A stretch of 61,570 bases of DNA, filler included, from Candidatus Tectimicrobiota bacterium (GTDB lineage: Bacteria > JACPSX01): NCBI GenBank assembly GCA_016193065.1. It is 6 parts of 6 records of this genome, joined end to end, with 100 filler letters (N's around TTAATTAATTAA, not from the genome) between each part and the next. Parts side by side here need not be neighbours in the genome. Positions count along the whole stretch, not along the records: positions 17,388 to 29,978 come from JACPSX010000070.1; positions 30,079 to 36,655 come from JACPSX010000009.1; positions 36,756 to 55,102 come from JACPSX010000010.1; 3 more parts are not named here. The stretch is one strand, 5' to 3'. The translations under genes were made by a program, and so were the position numbers. The notes below the pieces were generated by a model. The model was given only the letters and a program-made list of their open reading frames with translations. It made no database searches and was not told where the DNA came from. Below, one piece after another: positions 28,259-38,196 of this stretch. Positions within the stretch are counted from its first letter, which is position 1, and each line of letters begins with the position of its first letter.

Positions 28259-29452
28259 ATGTCCCTGGCCCAGCGCATCAACCGGATTCAGCCTTCCGCC
28301 ACCTTGGAAATGACGGCCCTGGCCAACTCGATGAAGGCCCAGGGAATCGACGTCATCGGTCTGGCCGCGGGGGAGCCTGACTTCGACACCCAGGACCACG
28401 TCAAGGAAGCGGCCATCGCCGCCCTGAGGCAGGGGTTCACCAAGTACACTCCGGTGGGGGGGACGAACGATCTCAAGGAGGCAATCTGCGAGAAATTCCA
28501 GCGCGAAAACGGCGTCTCTTACAAGCCTGCGGAGGTGACCGTCTCTTGCGGGGCCAAGCACTCCCTCTACAACCTCTTCCAGGTCCTCTTCGAGGCCGGA
28601 GACGAGGTTTTGATCCCCTCTCCCTACTGGACTTCTTATCCCGATATGATCGTGCTCACGGACGCCAAGCCCGTCATCGTCTCCTCCACAATGGAAAGCG
28701 GCTATAAGATCAACCCGGAGATCCTCAAGCGCCACATCACCCCGAAGACCAAGGCCCTCATCCTGAACAGCCCCAGCAACCCCACAGGAGTCGCCTACAG
28801 CCCGAAAGAGATCAAGGACCTGGTGCAGACGGCCATGGACCACAATCTCACCATCATCTCCGACGAGATCTACGAGCACATCACCTTCGAAGGCTTCCAG
28901 CAGCAGTGCGTCGCCGCCTTGGGTGAAGAAGTTAAGAAGCGAACCCTCACAGTGAACGGACCTTCGAAGACCTACGCCATGACCGGCTGGCGGATCGGCT
29001 ACCTGGCCGGATCCGCCGAGATCGTCTCGGCGGTCACCAAGCTCCAGGGGCAGAGCACCTCGAACCCCACCTCCATTGCCCAGAAGGCCACCGTGGCCGC
29101 TCTCAAAGGGCCCCAGGATGAAATTCGCCGCCGCTGCCAGGAATTCGAGCGCCGCCGCAACGTGGTGGTGGAAAAGCTGCGCACGATGCCGGGCGTGAGC
29201 GTGGTGAAACCCGACGGCACCTTCTACGCCTTCCCGCGCTTCGACGGGGCCTTCGGCAAGCGGTATGGGGACAAGGTGATCAACAGCTCGGGAGACCTGG
29301 CCACCTACCTTCTCAAGGAAGCCCAGGTGGTGACCGTTCCCGGCGATGCCTTTGGTGACGACCGGGCCTTGCGCCTCTCCTTTGCAACTTCCATGGAAAT
29401 CATCGAGGAAGGTCTGAAGCGCATCGGCACCGAGCTGCAAAAGCTCTCCTGA
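28259..29452 (+). CDS. PLP-dependent class I (aspartate-type) aminotransferase
   Basis: GEPDF, NSPSNPTG, SDEIY, SKTYAMTGWRIG. Confidence 0.93.
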   Translation: MSLAQRINRIQPSATLEMTALANSMKAQGIDVIGLAAGEPDFDTQDHVKEAAIAALRQGFTKYTPVGGTNDLKEAICEKFQRENGVSYKPAEVTVSCGAKHSLYNLFQVLFEAGDEVLIPSPYWTSYPDMIVLTDAKPVIVSSTMESGYKINPEILKRHITPKTKALILNSPSNPTGVAYSPKEIKDLVQTAMDHNLTIISDEIYEHITFEGFQQQCVAALGEEVKKRTLTVNGPSKTYAMTGWRIGYLAGSAEIVSAVTKLQGQSTSNPTSIAQKATVAALKGPQDEIRRRCQEFERRRNVVVEKLRTMPGVSVVKPDGTFYAFPRFDGAFGKRYGDKVINSSGDLATYLLKEAQVVTVPGDAFGDDRALRLSFATSMEIIEEGLKRIGTELQKLS

Positions 29453-29496
29453 ACCTGCGGCTCCCGTTCGTCTGCTTTTTTCCCCTCATCCTCCTT

Positions 29497-29528
29497 CCTC
29501 CCTGTGCGGGGAAAGGTCGGGATGGGGA
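29497..29528. repeat. Degenerate REP-like palindrome
   Basis: Minus strand CCCCATCCCGACCTTTCCCCGCACAGGGAG, similar to the 9832 copy. Confidence 0.4.
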
Positions 29529-29767
29529 AAGTTGTTGTTCCCTTTTTGTTCATCCTCCGATAATTTTCCTTGCCACAAGGGCCTGCGGCACGACAAAATT
29601 AAACGGAGGGTGATACCTTGGAGGAGGCCGCAAACAGTGTGTGGGATGTCCTGGCGGCAGCCATCGAGACCTACAAGGATCCGGGCAAGCCGTTTCCTGC
29701 CAACCTCCGCCGGAACCCGCGGATTTTTCCATGAGGCATGACATTACAAAGCGAGGAGGGGAAAACG

Positions 29768-29978
29768 ATGCGAACGGTTAAGAGGGTAGGCTCTTCCCTG
29801 GCACAGACCCTGTCGGTGGTTTTCCTTTTGTTGGCAACGGGCTGTGTGAGTCCCCAGACGCTCCAGCCGCTGGCTCAACAGAATCGCACGAATATCGCGA
29901 ACTACGGATCCAACGTGGAAGCGATGAGGATCGCCCTCCGAAAAGAGGTGGCATTGCATGCCGCCCTTCAAGTGCACG
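29768..29978 (+). CDS. Putative lipoprotein (3' partial)
   Basis: GGAGG RBS, signal peptide with lipobox-like LATGC. Confidence 0.55.
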
Positions 29979-30078
29979 NNNNNNNNNNNNNNNNNNNNNN
30001 NNNNNNNNNNNNNNNNNNNNNNTTAATTAATTAANNNNNNNNNNNNNNNNNNNNNNNNNNNNNNNNNNNNNNNNNNNN
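29979..30078. other. Artificial contig spacer
   Basis: N run with TTAATTAATTAA linker. Confidence 0.99.
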
Positions 30079-31271
30079 AACCATGGAGCCGAGTACTCCC
30101 TGTAGGGCCAGTCGACCACGTATCCTGGAAAAGGATAAAAAGCCGAAGCTGTCCACTCCCAGACATTTCCGATCATCTGACGACAACCAAAAGCACTATC
30201 CCCAAGCGGAAATGCCCCGACGTCAACACAACCCAGAAAGCGAGAATCCAGGTTGGCATGTTCAGGAGAGGGGGGTTCATCTCCCCAAGCATACCTTCGC
30301 TTGTGCGCTGTGATTCTTTTGCCATCAGGGGTGGGCTCTGCACTAGCTGCCATTTCCCACTCTGCTTCGGTAGGAAGGCGTCTACCTGCCCAGTTACAAT
30401 AAGCCTCAGCTTCGTACCAATTCACGTGGATGACAGGCGCATGCTCTTCAAGCGGAACGAGTTTGTTAAAGTGTCTGCGCAGCCAACCTTTCCCTGCACG
30501 TTCCCAATAAACAGGATGTTGAGCACCCATCTTCACACGCCATACCCAGCCTTGATGACTCCAAAGTTCACGCCGCAGATATCCTCGGTCTTCGACAAAC
30601 TGGACAAACTCCGCATTGGTCACGGGGGCGCGGGCTATTTTGAAAGGAGGCACTTCCACGGGATGGGCCCATTTCTCATTGTCCCACACAAACGGCAAGT
30701 CCGGCGTAGCGCCAAGCTGAAAAGTCCCCCCGGGTATTTCGACGTCACCGGGCAGTGGCCCGCTGCGGATCTCAGCCAAGGCGGATTTTCTCTCGGCGAT
30801 GCTCAGCGGGGGTTCAGGGTACTCCAGAGTCTGCCGCATATAAGTAAAGGCCTCCCCGTGCATATCTTCATGAAGAACGGAAAGGAGAAATAAATAATTT
30901 TCCTGAGCCTCAGGCTCATGGGAACCGAGCCGATCAACAACCTGCTCAAACACCCGGCGCATATAAGCTAAAGTTCCTTCTCTCGAAGGGAGAGGTAGGT
31001 CCCAGCGGTCATCATGATCCACCTTAAACGAATCGTAGAGGTGCTCGGCCCCTTCCAAGAGAAATCGGCCCGAACCAAGTACGCGAAGGAGAAACACATC
31101 ATAGAAGAAAGCCACATGTCCCAATTCCCAGCGGAATGGGTTCACTATTTCCATTTTTGGGACAATCAATTGGTCGTCCTCCAGATCGGCGACCAATTCC
31201 AGTGTACGTTGACGAGCATCCTTGACCAACTGGAACAATTGCTCGGCCGGAAGCTTGAATTGTTTGCTCAT
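30079..31271 (-). CDS. EgtB-family non-heme iron enzyme, SenA-like (3' partial)
   Basis: DinB-like N-domain (NPFRWELGH, HEDMHGE) plus FGE-sulfatase domain (RLPTEAEWE, GNVWEWT). Confidence 0.8.
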
Positions 31272-31450
31272 TGGACTTCTCCTCAGAGATTTCTATTAGA
31301 GGCTACGGAAGCTTTGACTTACAGTACTTCCAAGCCCTGACATACCCCTGGACCACCCGATTTTTGCTGCTTCCCGTTGGGACGTCCAGTACCATAATCT
31401 CAGGTATATGCTTCACAACGCATTCTCCTCCAGATCGTCGAGATTTTTCC

Positions 31451-31999
31451 CTACCGCTGCCCGCCCGGCCAGGTCAGCATCGGCATGTTGACGACGATAC
31501 CGGGCCGCTCGATCGTCACTTCGCCTCTGGCCTCTGCTTCTTTGACCGCTGCGGCAGACTTGAGCACACGCGCGGATTTCTCTTCTTTCCAGACGATGAG
31601 GTTCAGTGCACGCAACGGGCTGTAACCCTGCATATTCGGGGGATAATCGAACACGTCCGGCTGGAACCCGAAAGGCCCCCCGCCTTTGACGCCGTTGGTG
31701 AAGACGTAGACATTCGCGAGCGTCACTTCGGGTATCCGGGCAAGCGAGGGGACAACAAGGACCGGAGATTTCATCATGTCGGTCAGCATTTTGGCAACTT
31801 TGGAGTCCGACGCCTCGGTGTGAAGGAAAAGTATTTCCTCTCCTTCCGAATAACCTCTGACCGGAGGCACTGTAGGTCCTGTCACTGTGCCCATCCCGGT
31901 CATCTGGCCCGCGGCGGGGGGAGTTTTCACGAAATAGCCCGCGGCATATCCGGTGAACAGAGCCGCGAGGAGTACAGCAAATTGCGCCCACTTCCGCAT
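31451..31999 (-). CDS. Exported hypothetical protein downstream of the P1B ATPase
   Basis: Signal peptide, Met-rich, YVFTNG..G.GPFGFQ and YSPL motifs. Confidence 0.75.
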   Translation of the reverse strand: MRKWAQFAVLLAALFTGYAAGYFVKTPPAAGQMTGMGTVTGPTVPPVRGYSEGEEILFLHTEASDSKVAKMLTDMMKSPVLVVPSLARIPEVTLANVYVFTNGVKGGGPFGFQPDVFDYPPNMQGYSPLRALNLIVWKEEKSARVLKSAAAVKEAEARGEVTIERPGIVVNMPMLTWPGGQR

Positions 32000-32000
32000 T

Positions 32001-34418
32001 TCAGTCCCCTCCTATGACATGGCCAAGGCGCGTGAGGGCCTCTTCGATGGCCGTCCACTGCGCTTGGCCGTTGCGCATCGTCACCACCACTTGCTTCGTT
32101 TGAGGATCCCCCTCCACCGCTACCACGGCCGGCAGCCTTCCGAGGGTCTCCTGGATTTTGGTCACGCACCCCTGACAGTGAATGCTAGGGACCCTGAGCG
32201 TCACCCGCCGGACCGCCGCTGGAGGTTTTCCGTGCCGGGGCACCAGACGACCCCCGAAGGAGTTGAGCATGACCGCCGTCACGCTGGCGGCCATGGCCGC
32301 CATGGCCCAGGCCGGAGCGACCAGCCCGGTTGCGGCCAGGGGGACGCCCACGCCGTTGAAGCTGAACGCTATGGCCAGATTCTGCACTGTCTTCCGGTAA
32401 GACCTCCGGGCGATGTGGTAGGCGTCCACCACGGCGGTGAGGCGCTCCCCTACCAGAACAATGTCCGCCGACTCCATGGCGATGTCCGTGCCCGAGGCCA
32501 TGGCAAGCCCCACGTCGGCCTGCATCAGAGCCGGGGCGTCGTTGATCCCGTCCCCAACCATGGCCACCCGTTTCTCCTCACGCTGGAAAGCCCGCACCCT
32601 CTCAGCCTTCTCCTGGGGAAGGACCTGAGCCAGGACCTCGCGGATCCCGACCTGCCCTGCCACCGCGCGCGCGGTTCGCTCATTGTCTCCAGTGATCATG
32701 ACCGGCTCCATCCCGGCGCGGCGCAGCCCGGCAACGGCTTCCGCCGCATCCTCCTTTACCGCGTCGGCCAGAACCATGAGCCCGGCAGCCCGATCATCCA
32801 CCGCCACGGTAATCACGGTCCCCCCTCGGGCTTCGCGCTCCGCGGCCGGTTCGGAGAGCGCATCGGTCGTGACGCCCAACTCGGCAAGGAACCGCAGGGT
32901 TCCCACCAACACCGGTCTCCCCCCCACCACAGCGCGAATCCCCTTTCCTGCGACCGCTTCAAAGTCCTCCACCCGGTCCAGCGCCAGGCCCCCACTCTTC
33001 GCCCTTCCGACGACCGCGCGCCCCAGCGGATGTTCGGAGACCTGCTCGGCGGAGGCGGCCAGGGCGAGAAGCTCGTCGCTCTTCCATTCGTTCAGCGGCA
33101 AGACCTCAACCACCTGAGGCTTGCCGTGGGTAATCGTGCCGGTCTTGTCCAGGACAACAACCCAGACGTCTTTGAAGGCCTGGAACGAAGCCGCGCTTCG
33201 CATCAGGATCCCTTGCCGGGCGGCCTCTCCCCCGCCGCGGATCATGGCGAGCGGCGTTGCCATGCCGAGGGCGCAGGGATACCCCATCACGAGCACCGCC
33301 AGGGCCGCAAACCCGGCGCGGTCCCAATCGGGAAGGCCAAAGAGAATCCACCCGCCGAGCGTCCAGAAGAAAAAGGCGGCCGCTCCCACCGCAAGGACTC
33401 CGGGAACGAAGTACACGAGAATGCGGTCCAGGAGAAGAAGTATCCCGGGCTTGAGCGCTCGCGCCTCCTGGATGTGACGGGCCACCTGCCGGAGAAAACT
33501 CTCCTCGCCCACTTTGCTCACACGGACGAGCAGGGTCCCGGAGTGGTTCACCGACCCGCCGATCACCTCCTGGCCCGGAAGCTTCTCCCGCGGTATGGAC
33601 TCACCGGTGACCAGACTTTCGTCGACGGCTGAGATCCCCTCCTCCACGACCCCGTCCACCGGGATCTGCTCGCCGGGGCGGATGCGGACCCGATCGCCCC
33701 TCCGGACCTCCTCGATCGGCAGATCCACCTCGCTCCCATCCCTCACTACCCGGGCCGTCGGGGGCTGCAGCGACAGGAGCTTCTTCACCGCCTGGGAGGA
33801 GCGAGTCCTGACCAGGAGTGAAGCGTAGTTACCCAGTAGGTGATAGGCTGTGACGAAGACTGCCACCCCAAAGAAATCCGGGCTGGGGAACAGCGGATGG
33901 ACGAGGCCGATCGCTCCTCCGAGAAGTCCGCCGAAAGCTGCGACCTCCATGAGGACGTGCTGGTTCAGGATACGGCGCCGGGCAGAAGCCCAGGCCATCT
34001 TCAGGAAATTTAGACCGAGACCGAACACCATCAGGAAAGCCAGGATCGTCAGGATCCAGAGGGTCCAGGGGTGGGGGCGGCCAGACCACATGAGGAACAT
34101 CGCCATGAAAGCCACCCAGGCTGCGGCCCCCGCGATGATCAGGCGGTCGCGCTCCCGCCGGAGCTCTGCTTCCTCCTCCTCGAAGGTCCGGATCTTGTCG
34201 GGGTCCCGCACCGTATAGCCCAGGCTCTGAAGCGTCCCCGTGAGCGTGACACTTTTCACGCGCTTCGGGTCGTAGGTGACCAGGGCCTCCTCGTGAGCCA
34301 GGCTCACATGGACGCCCGCCACACCCTCGATCCTTCCGAGCCCCTTCTCGATGGTCGCCGCGCAGAAAGAGCAGCCCATCCCGCCGATCTTGACCTGAAG
34401 CTTCGCCGTGGACATCAT
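32001..34418 (-). CDS. Heavy-metal P1B ATPase with YPC motif and C-terminal HMA domain
   Basis: [34 protein letters not shown]-terminal IHCQGC. Confidence 0.92.
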   Translation of the reverse strand: MMSTAKLQVKIGGMGCSFCAATIEKGLGRIEGVAGVHVSLAHEEALVTYDPKRVKSVTLTGTLQSLGYTVRDPDKIRTFEEEEAELRRERDRLIIAGAAAWVAFMAMFLMWSGRPHPWTLWILTILAFLMVFGLGLNFLKMAWASARRRILNQHVLMEVAAFGGLLGGAIGLVHPLFPSPDFFGVAVFVTAYHLLGNYASLLVRTRSSQAVKKLLSLQPPTARVVRDGSEVDLPIEEVRRGDRVRIRPGEQIPVDGVVEEGISAVDESLVTGESIPREKLPGQEVIGGSVNHSGTLLVRVSKVGEESFLRQVARHIQEARALKPGILLLLDRILVYFVPGVLAVGAAAFFFWTLGGWILFGLPDWDRAGFAALAVLVMGYPCALGMATPLAMIRGGGEAARQGILMRSAASFQAFKDVWVVVLDKTGTITHGKPQVVEVLPLNEWKSDELLALAASAEQVSEHPLGRAVVGRAKSGGLALDRVEDFEAVAGKGIRAVVGGRPVLVGTLRFLAELGVTTDALSEPAAEREARGGTVITVAVDDRAAGLMVLADAVKEDAAEAVAGLRRAGMEPVMITGDNERTARAVAGQVGIREVLAQVLPQEKAERVRAFQREEKRVAMVGDGINDAPALMQADVGLAMASGTDIAMESADIVLVGERLTAVVDAYHIARRSYRKTVQNLAIAFSFNGVGVPLAATGLVAPAWAMAAMAASVTAVMLNSFGGRLVPRHGKPPAAVRRVTLRVPSIHCQGCVTKIQETLGRLPAVVAVEGDPQTKQVVVTMRNGQAQWTAIEEALTRLGHVIGGD

Positions 34419-34625
34419 GGTCCCCTCTAAGCTCCCCGACGGCAAACGCGGCTCGTGCCTCTCGAAGCTTCAATATGGGGACAAACCCCGGCCCGTCTCC
34501 CCAATTCGCTGATTTTGAGTCTTGCCTCCGGCATATGACCTCCTGAATCCAAGATTACTCATTCCAGTATAGAGATTCCGCCGCCTCACCGGGAGTCTCC
34601 GCAACCACGGGGACAGATCCCCAGG

Positions 34626-35828
34626 CTAGGATGCCAGGCCCGCCAGGTAGTGCTCCGCCGCCAGGGCGGCCTTGCAGCCGTCGCCTGCGGCCGTAACCGC
34701 CTGCCGGAAGCGATGATCAAAGGCATCTCCCGCAACGAATACTCCCCGCACGGAGGTCTGGGGAAATTCCTTGCTCACCATATAGCCTCGCTCATCCATC
34801 TCCAGTTGTCCCTTGAAGATGGATGTATTAGGCTCATGCCCGATCGCGACAAATACTCCCTGACAGAAGAGGTCCTTCTCCTCAAGGCTTTTTCTGTCCA
34901 CGATTCTGATCCCTGTTACTCCCTTCTCATGAGAACCGTAGATCTCTTTCACCTCGGTATTCCAGAGAAAGCCGATCTTCTCGTTCTTGAACGCCCTTTC
35001 CTGCATGATCTGGCTCGCCCGGAATTTGTCTCGTCGGTGGATTACCGTCACCCTGGACGCAAACTTACTTACGGAAAGGGCCTCCTCCAGGGCAGAATCT
35101 CCGCCTCCCACAACCGCCACCTCTCTATCCTTGAAGAAGGGGCCGTCACAGGTGGCGCAGGTGGAAACCCCATATCCGCGGAGCTCCCGCTCTCCCTTAG
35201 CGCTCAGCTCGCGTGGCGAGGCCCCTGTGGCGATGATCAGAGCATCAGCGCGAAGATTGCAGCAGTCCGAAAGCTCAATAAAAAAGGGCCGTCGGGAAAG
35301 GTCAACCGAGACGGCTTCTGCGGTGATAAATTGCGTGCCGAATTTTTCCGCCTGCGCCCTCGTTCTCTGCATCAGCTCCGGCCCTTGCACTCCGTCGGGA
35401 AATCCCGGATAGTTTTCTACGAGCGTCGTGGTAAAAAGCTGTCCCCCGGGGTCGCGACCTTCAACCACTATAGGCTTAAGGCCTGCCCGAGCAGCATAGA
35501 TGGCCGCAGTGAGCCCTGCCGATCCTGAACCGACGATGACCAGCCGGGTCCGGATCTCCGTGGGCTTCGCCTTGAGCCCCAGAAGCGGGTCCAGCTTGCC
35601 GCTGTTGGCCAGGTCCCGCAGATCGTCGAAGCCGCCGATCAGCTCGCCGTCGATGAAGATCTCCGGCACGGTCTTTCTCCCCTTGGAGCGCGCGAGCATT
35701 TCCTGGAGCCTTTCGGGACTTTCCTCCACGTTGATTTCCGTGTACTCCTGCCCCTTTTCCCGGAGGAGTTCCTTGGCCTTCTGACAGTAGGGGCATTCCT
35801 TCTTGGTGTAGATTTCTATCCGCGGCAT
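34626..35828 (-). CDS. trxB: Glutaredoxin-thioredoxin reductase fusion
   Basis: N-terminal Grx (CPYC, TVP, IGGFDD) fused to TrxB (GGQL, CATCDG, GGGDSA, HRRD, RQAVTAAG). Confidence 0.9.
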   Translation of the reverse strand: MPRIEIYTKKECPYCQKAKELLREKGQEYTEINVEESPERLQEMLARSKGRKTVPEIFIDGELIGGFDDLRDLANSGKLDPLLGLKAKPTEIRTRLVIVGSGSAGLTAAIYAARAGLKPIVVEGRDPGGQLFTTTLVENYPGFPDGVQGPELMQRTRAQAEKFGTQFITAEAVSVDLSRRPFFIELSDCCNLRADALIIATGASPRELSAKGERELRGYGVSTCATCDGPFFKDREVAVVGGGDSALEEALSVSKFASRVTVIHRRDKFRASQIMQERAFKNEKIGFLWNTEVKEIYGSHEKGVTGIRIVDRKSLEEKDLFCQGVFVAIGHEPNTSIFKGQLEMDERGYMVSKEFPQTSVRGVFVAGDAFDHRFRQAVTAAGDGCKAALAAEHYLAGLAS

Positions 35829-35945
35829 GTTTCTTCTCCCCCTAAAATGCGATTTTTTTCCCTGTTTCGAGAGCGATGATCAGAGTGTACTCATTCCGGC
35901 GCCGTCGAGACAGGGAAAAAAGCTCGTTCCGCAACCGGCGGAGGC

Positions 35946-35972
35946 AAAAAAAAGGGGCCCCGCAGGGCCCCC
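35946..35972 (-). terminator. Intrinsic terminator
   Basis: GGGGCCC/GGGCCCC hairpin followed by 8 T on the minus strand. Confidence 0.8.
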
Positions 35973-35983
35973 GGCGTCGGAGT

Positions 35984-36307
35984 TTACTTTACACTGTTGT
36001 TCACGTTTCCGGACGTCACCGCACCCACGGCCAGGGTCAGAAGGTTCCCCACCCCGAGGAAAAGAGGCACCGGAGAAGTGATCTCCCGGTCCAGCCTCGC
36101 CTGGGCGATGCTCCCGGGGGCCCGATCCGGGTCCGCCGGAGCAGCAGGCTCAGCCGTCGCGAAGGAGACCGCCGGGGAGTTGATCTCGCGGTCTAGTCTC
36201 TCCTGGGCGAGGCTGCCGGCGGTCGCACCGGCGGTGGAAACCCCCAGGATCAGGACCGCCACCGAAGCCAAACCCGTCAGAGCCTGCAGAACTGTGTTGA
36301 TCTTCAT
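35984..36307 (-). CDS. Small exported protein with a duplicated motif
   Basis: GGAGGT RBS, signal peptide, GSLAQERLDREINSP / GSIAQARLDREITSP, own terminator. Confidence 0.7.
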   Translation of the reverse strand: MKINTVLQALTGLASVAVLILGVSTAGATAGSLAQERLDREINSPAVSFATAEPAAPADPDRAPGSIAQARLDREITSPVPLFLGVGNLLTLAVGAVTSGNVNNSVK

Positions 36308-36385
36308 TAGCTATCTACCTCCTCATTCGTTGAGTCGGCGCCTCGTTTGCCGCCGATCGTCCCAATCCTCTGACTTGGCCTTTCA

Positions 36386-36655
36386 TTACACTAAGATGAA
36401 AAACGTCCCTTGGAGATTCAAACTGTTTGAAACGGGCTCGGACAAGAGTCGGGCGTTCCGCAATTTCTCCTGGAAAAATCGCTCCAGACGCAGACGGATC
36501 TCAGCGGACATACTGCAGCGGGAAACTTCCCGGCTGACGGCGATCGTTTGACGGTAGGTCTTCATCATGGCGAGACAATTTGGGCAATTCTTGGAATGCG
36601 GGTCCAGACGTGCCCGGTCCTCCGCGGGCAGGTTTCCGTCCACGTAATCAATGAG
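36386..36655 (-). CDS. zf-HC2 anti-sigma-factor-like protein (5' partial)
   Basis: LIDYVDGNL...HSKNCPNC (HxxxCxxC). Confidence 0.65.
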   Translation of the reverse strand, partial: LIDYVDGNLPAEDRARLDPHSKNCPNCLAMMKTYRQTIAVSREVSRCSMSAEIRLRLERFFQEKLRNARLLSEPVSNSLNLQGTFFILV

Positions 36656-36755
36656 NNNNNNNNNNNNNNNNNNNNNNNNNNNNNNNNNNNNNNNNNNNNT
36701 TAATTAATTAANNNNNNNNNNNNNNNNNNNNNNNNNNNNNNNNNNNNNNNNNNNN
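36656..36755. other. Artificial contig spacer
   Basis: N run with TTAATTAATTAA linker. Confidence 0.99.
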
Positions 36756-37515
36756 GCCATCTCAGCAGTCTCCTCTCCAAGGCCAGGAACAGGCGGTTAA
36801 ACCCATACCCCAAAACTCCCAGGACCATGATGCCGGCATACATCTCCCGGATCCGGAAGGAGCGCTGCGCATCGAGAATGAAGAACCCGATCCCGTTGTT
36901 GGAAGCCACCATCTCGGCGATCACCGAGATGATCAGAGACAGGGCCAGGCTGATTCTGAGCCCCGTGAAGATGTACGGAGTCGCCGCGGGCAGCACGATC
37001 TGCCAGAGCAGCTTCCAGGAACCCAGGCCGAACGTCCGGCCCGTGTTAACTTGCACCGGATCCGCGCTCTTCACCCCGCTGTAACTGTTCAAGAGAATCG
37101 GCCAGAAGGAGGCGAAGGCGATGACGGCCACCTTCATCTCATCGTCAATCCCCAGGAACAGGATCGCAAGGGGAATATAGGCCGGGCTGGGAATGGGGCG
37201 GAGGATCTCGGTCAGGGGCTCCAGCAGGTCATAGGCCGGGCGAAAGTAACCCATGATGAGTCCTACGAAGGTTCCCGCCGCGGCGGCTCCCCCGTAGCCG
37301 AGCAACATGCGGCGCAGCGTCATCCAAACCTGAAAGGGGATTTCCCCCGACAGGAAAAGCCCGGGCAGGGAAGAAAAGACCTGCGACACGGGGGGCAGGG
37401 AAATGGTCTTGATCCACTGCCAGCGCACGGCCGCCTCCCACAGGCAAAGAAGAAGCAGGATCAGCAACGCCCCGCTGGTTCTTCCTCGAAACGGCCATCT
37501 GGAAGCCAACAGCAA
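36756..37515 (-). CDS. NitT/TauT-family ABC permease (3' partial)
   Basis: LRPIPSPAYIP, TGLRISL, AEM...GIG motifs. Confidence 0.9.
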
Positions 37516-37526
37516 GCTCCTTCTAG

Positions 37527-38177
37527 CTAGGAACCGGAGTTTTCAAACACGGACCCGATGCTCCCGAACACCCGGCGGCGCAGGTCCAGGTAAATGGGGT
37601 TTTCCCGGGAGGCGATTTGATGGCGGGGATAGGACATGGGGACTTCAAATTCGGCCACCACCCGGGCCGGAGCCCGGCTCATGACCACGACCCTCTGGGC
37701 CAGATAAATCGCCTCGTCAATATCGTGGGTGATGAAGAGCACCGTGGGGTAGTGATTTTCAAAACCCTGCAGGCCCACCGCCTGGATCGCCCGGGCCACC
37801 TCCTGCGCCAGTGTCCGCCGGTCGTGGGGGCGGTTCTTGAGGCCGAAAGCGATATTCTGGGAGACGGTCTTCCAGGCAAACAGGGAGCGGTTGTACTGCT
37901 GAAAGAGGTAGATCATGGCCGGGTGGGGCGAACTGACCGGCCGGCCCCGGAAGCGAACCTCCCCCTGGCTCGGGCGCAAAAGACCGGCCACCATCTGCAG
38001 GAAGGTGCTCTTGCCGCACCCCGAAGGACCCACGATGCTCGTAAAGCTCCCCTGCTCGAAACTCAGGGACACGGATTCCAGCACCTCCACCCGGACCTGG
38101 CTTCCGTCCACCCCGGAGAATTCCTTCCTCAGTCTCACGGCTTCGAGGTAGGGAACGGACCCTGTTGCTGAAACCAC
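37527..38177 (-). pseudogene. NitT/TauT ABC ATPase lacking signature and Walker B motifs
   Basis: Walker A and H-loop present, but ENHYP runs directly into TVLFITHD. Confidence 0.8.
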
Positions 38178-38196
38178 CGTGCTTGCCTGCCCTCCG

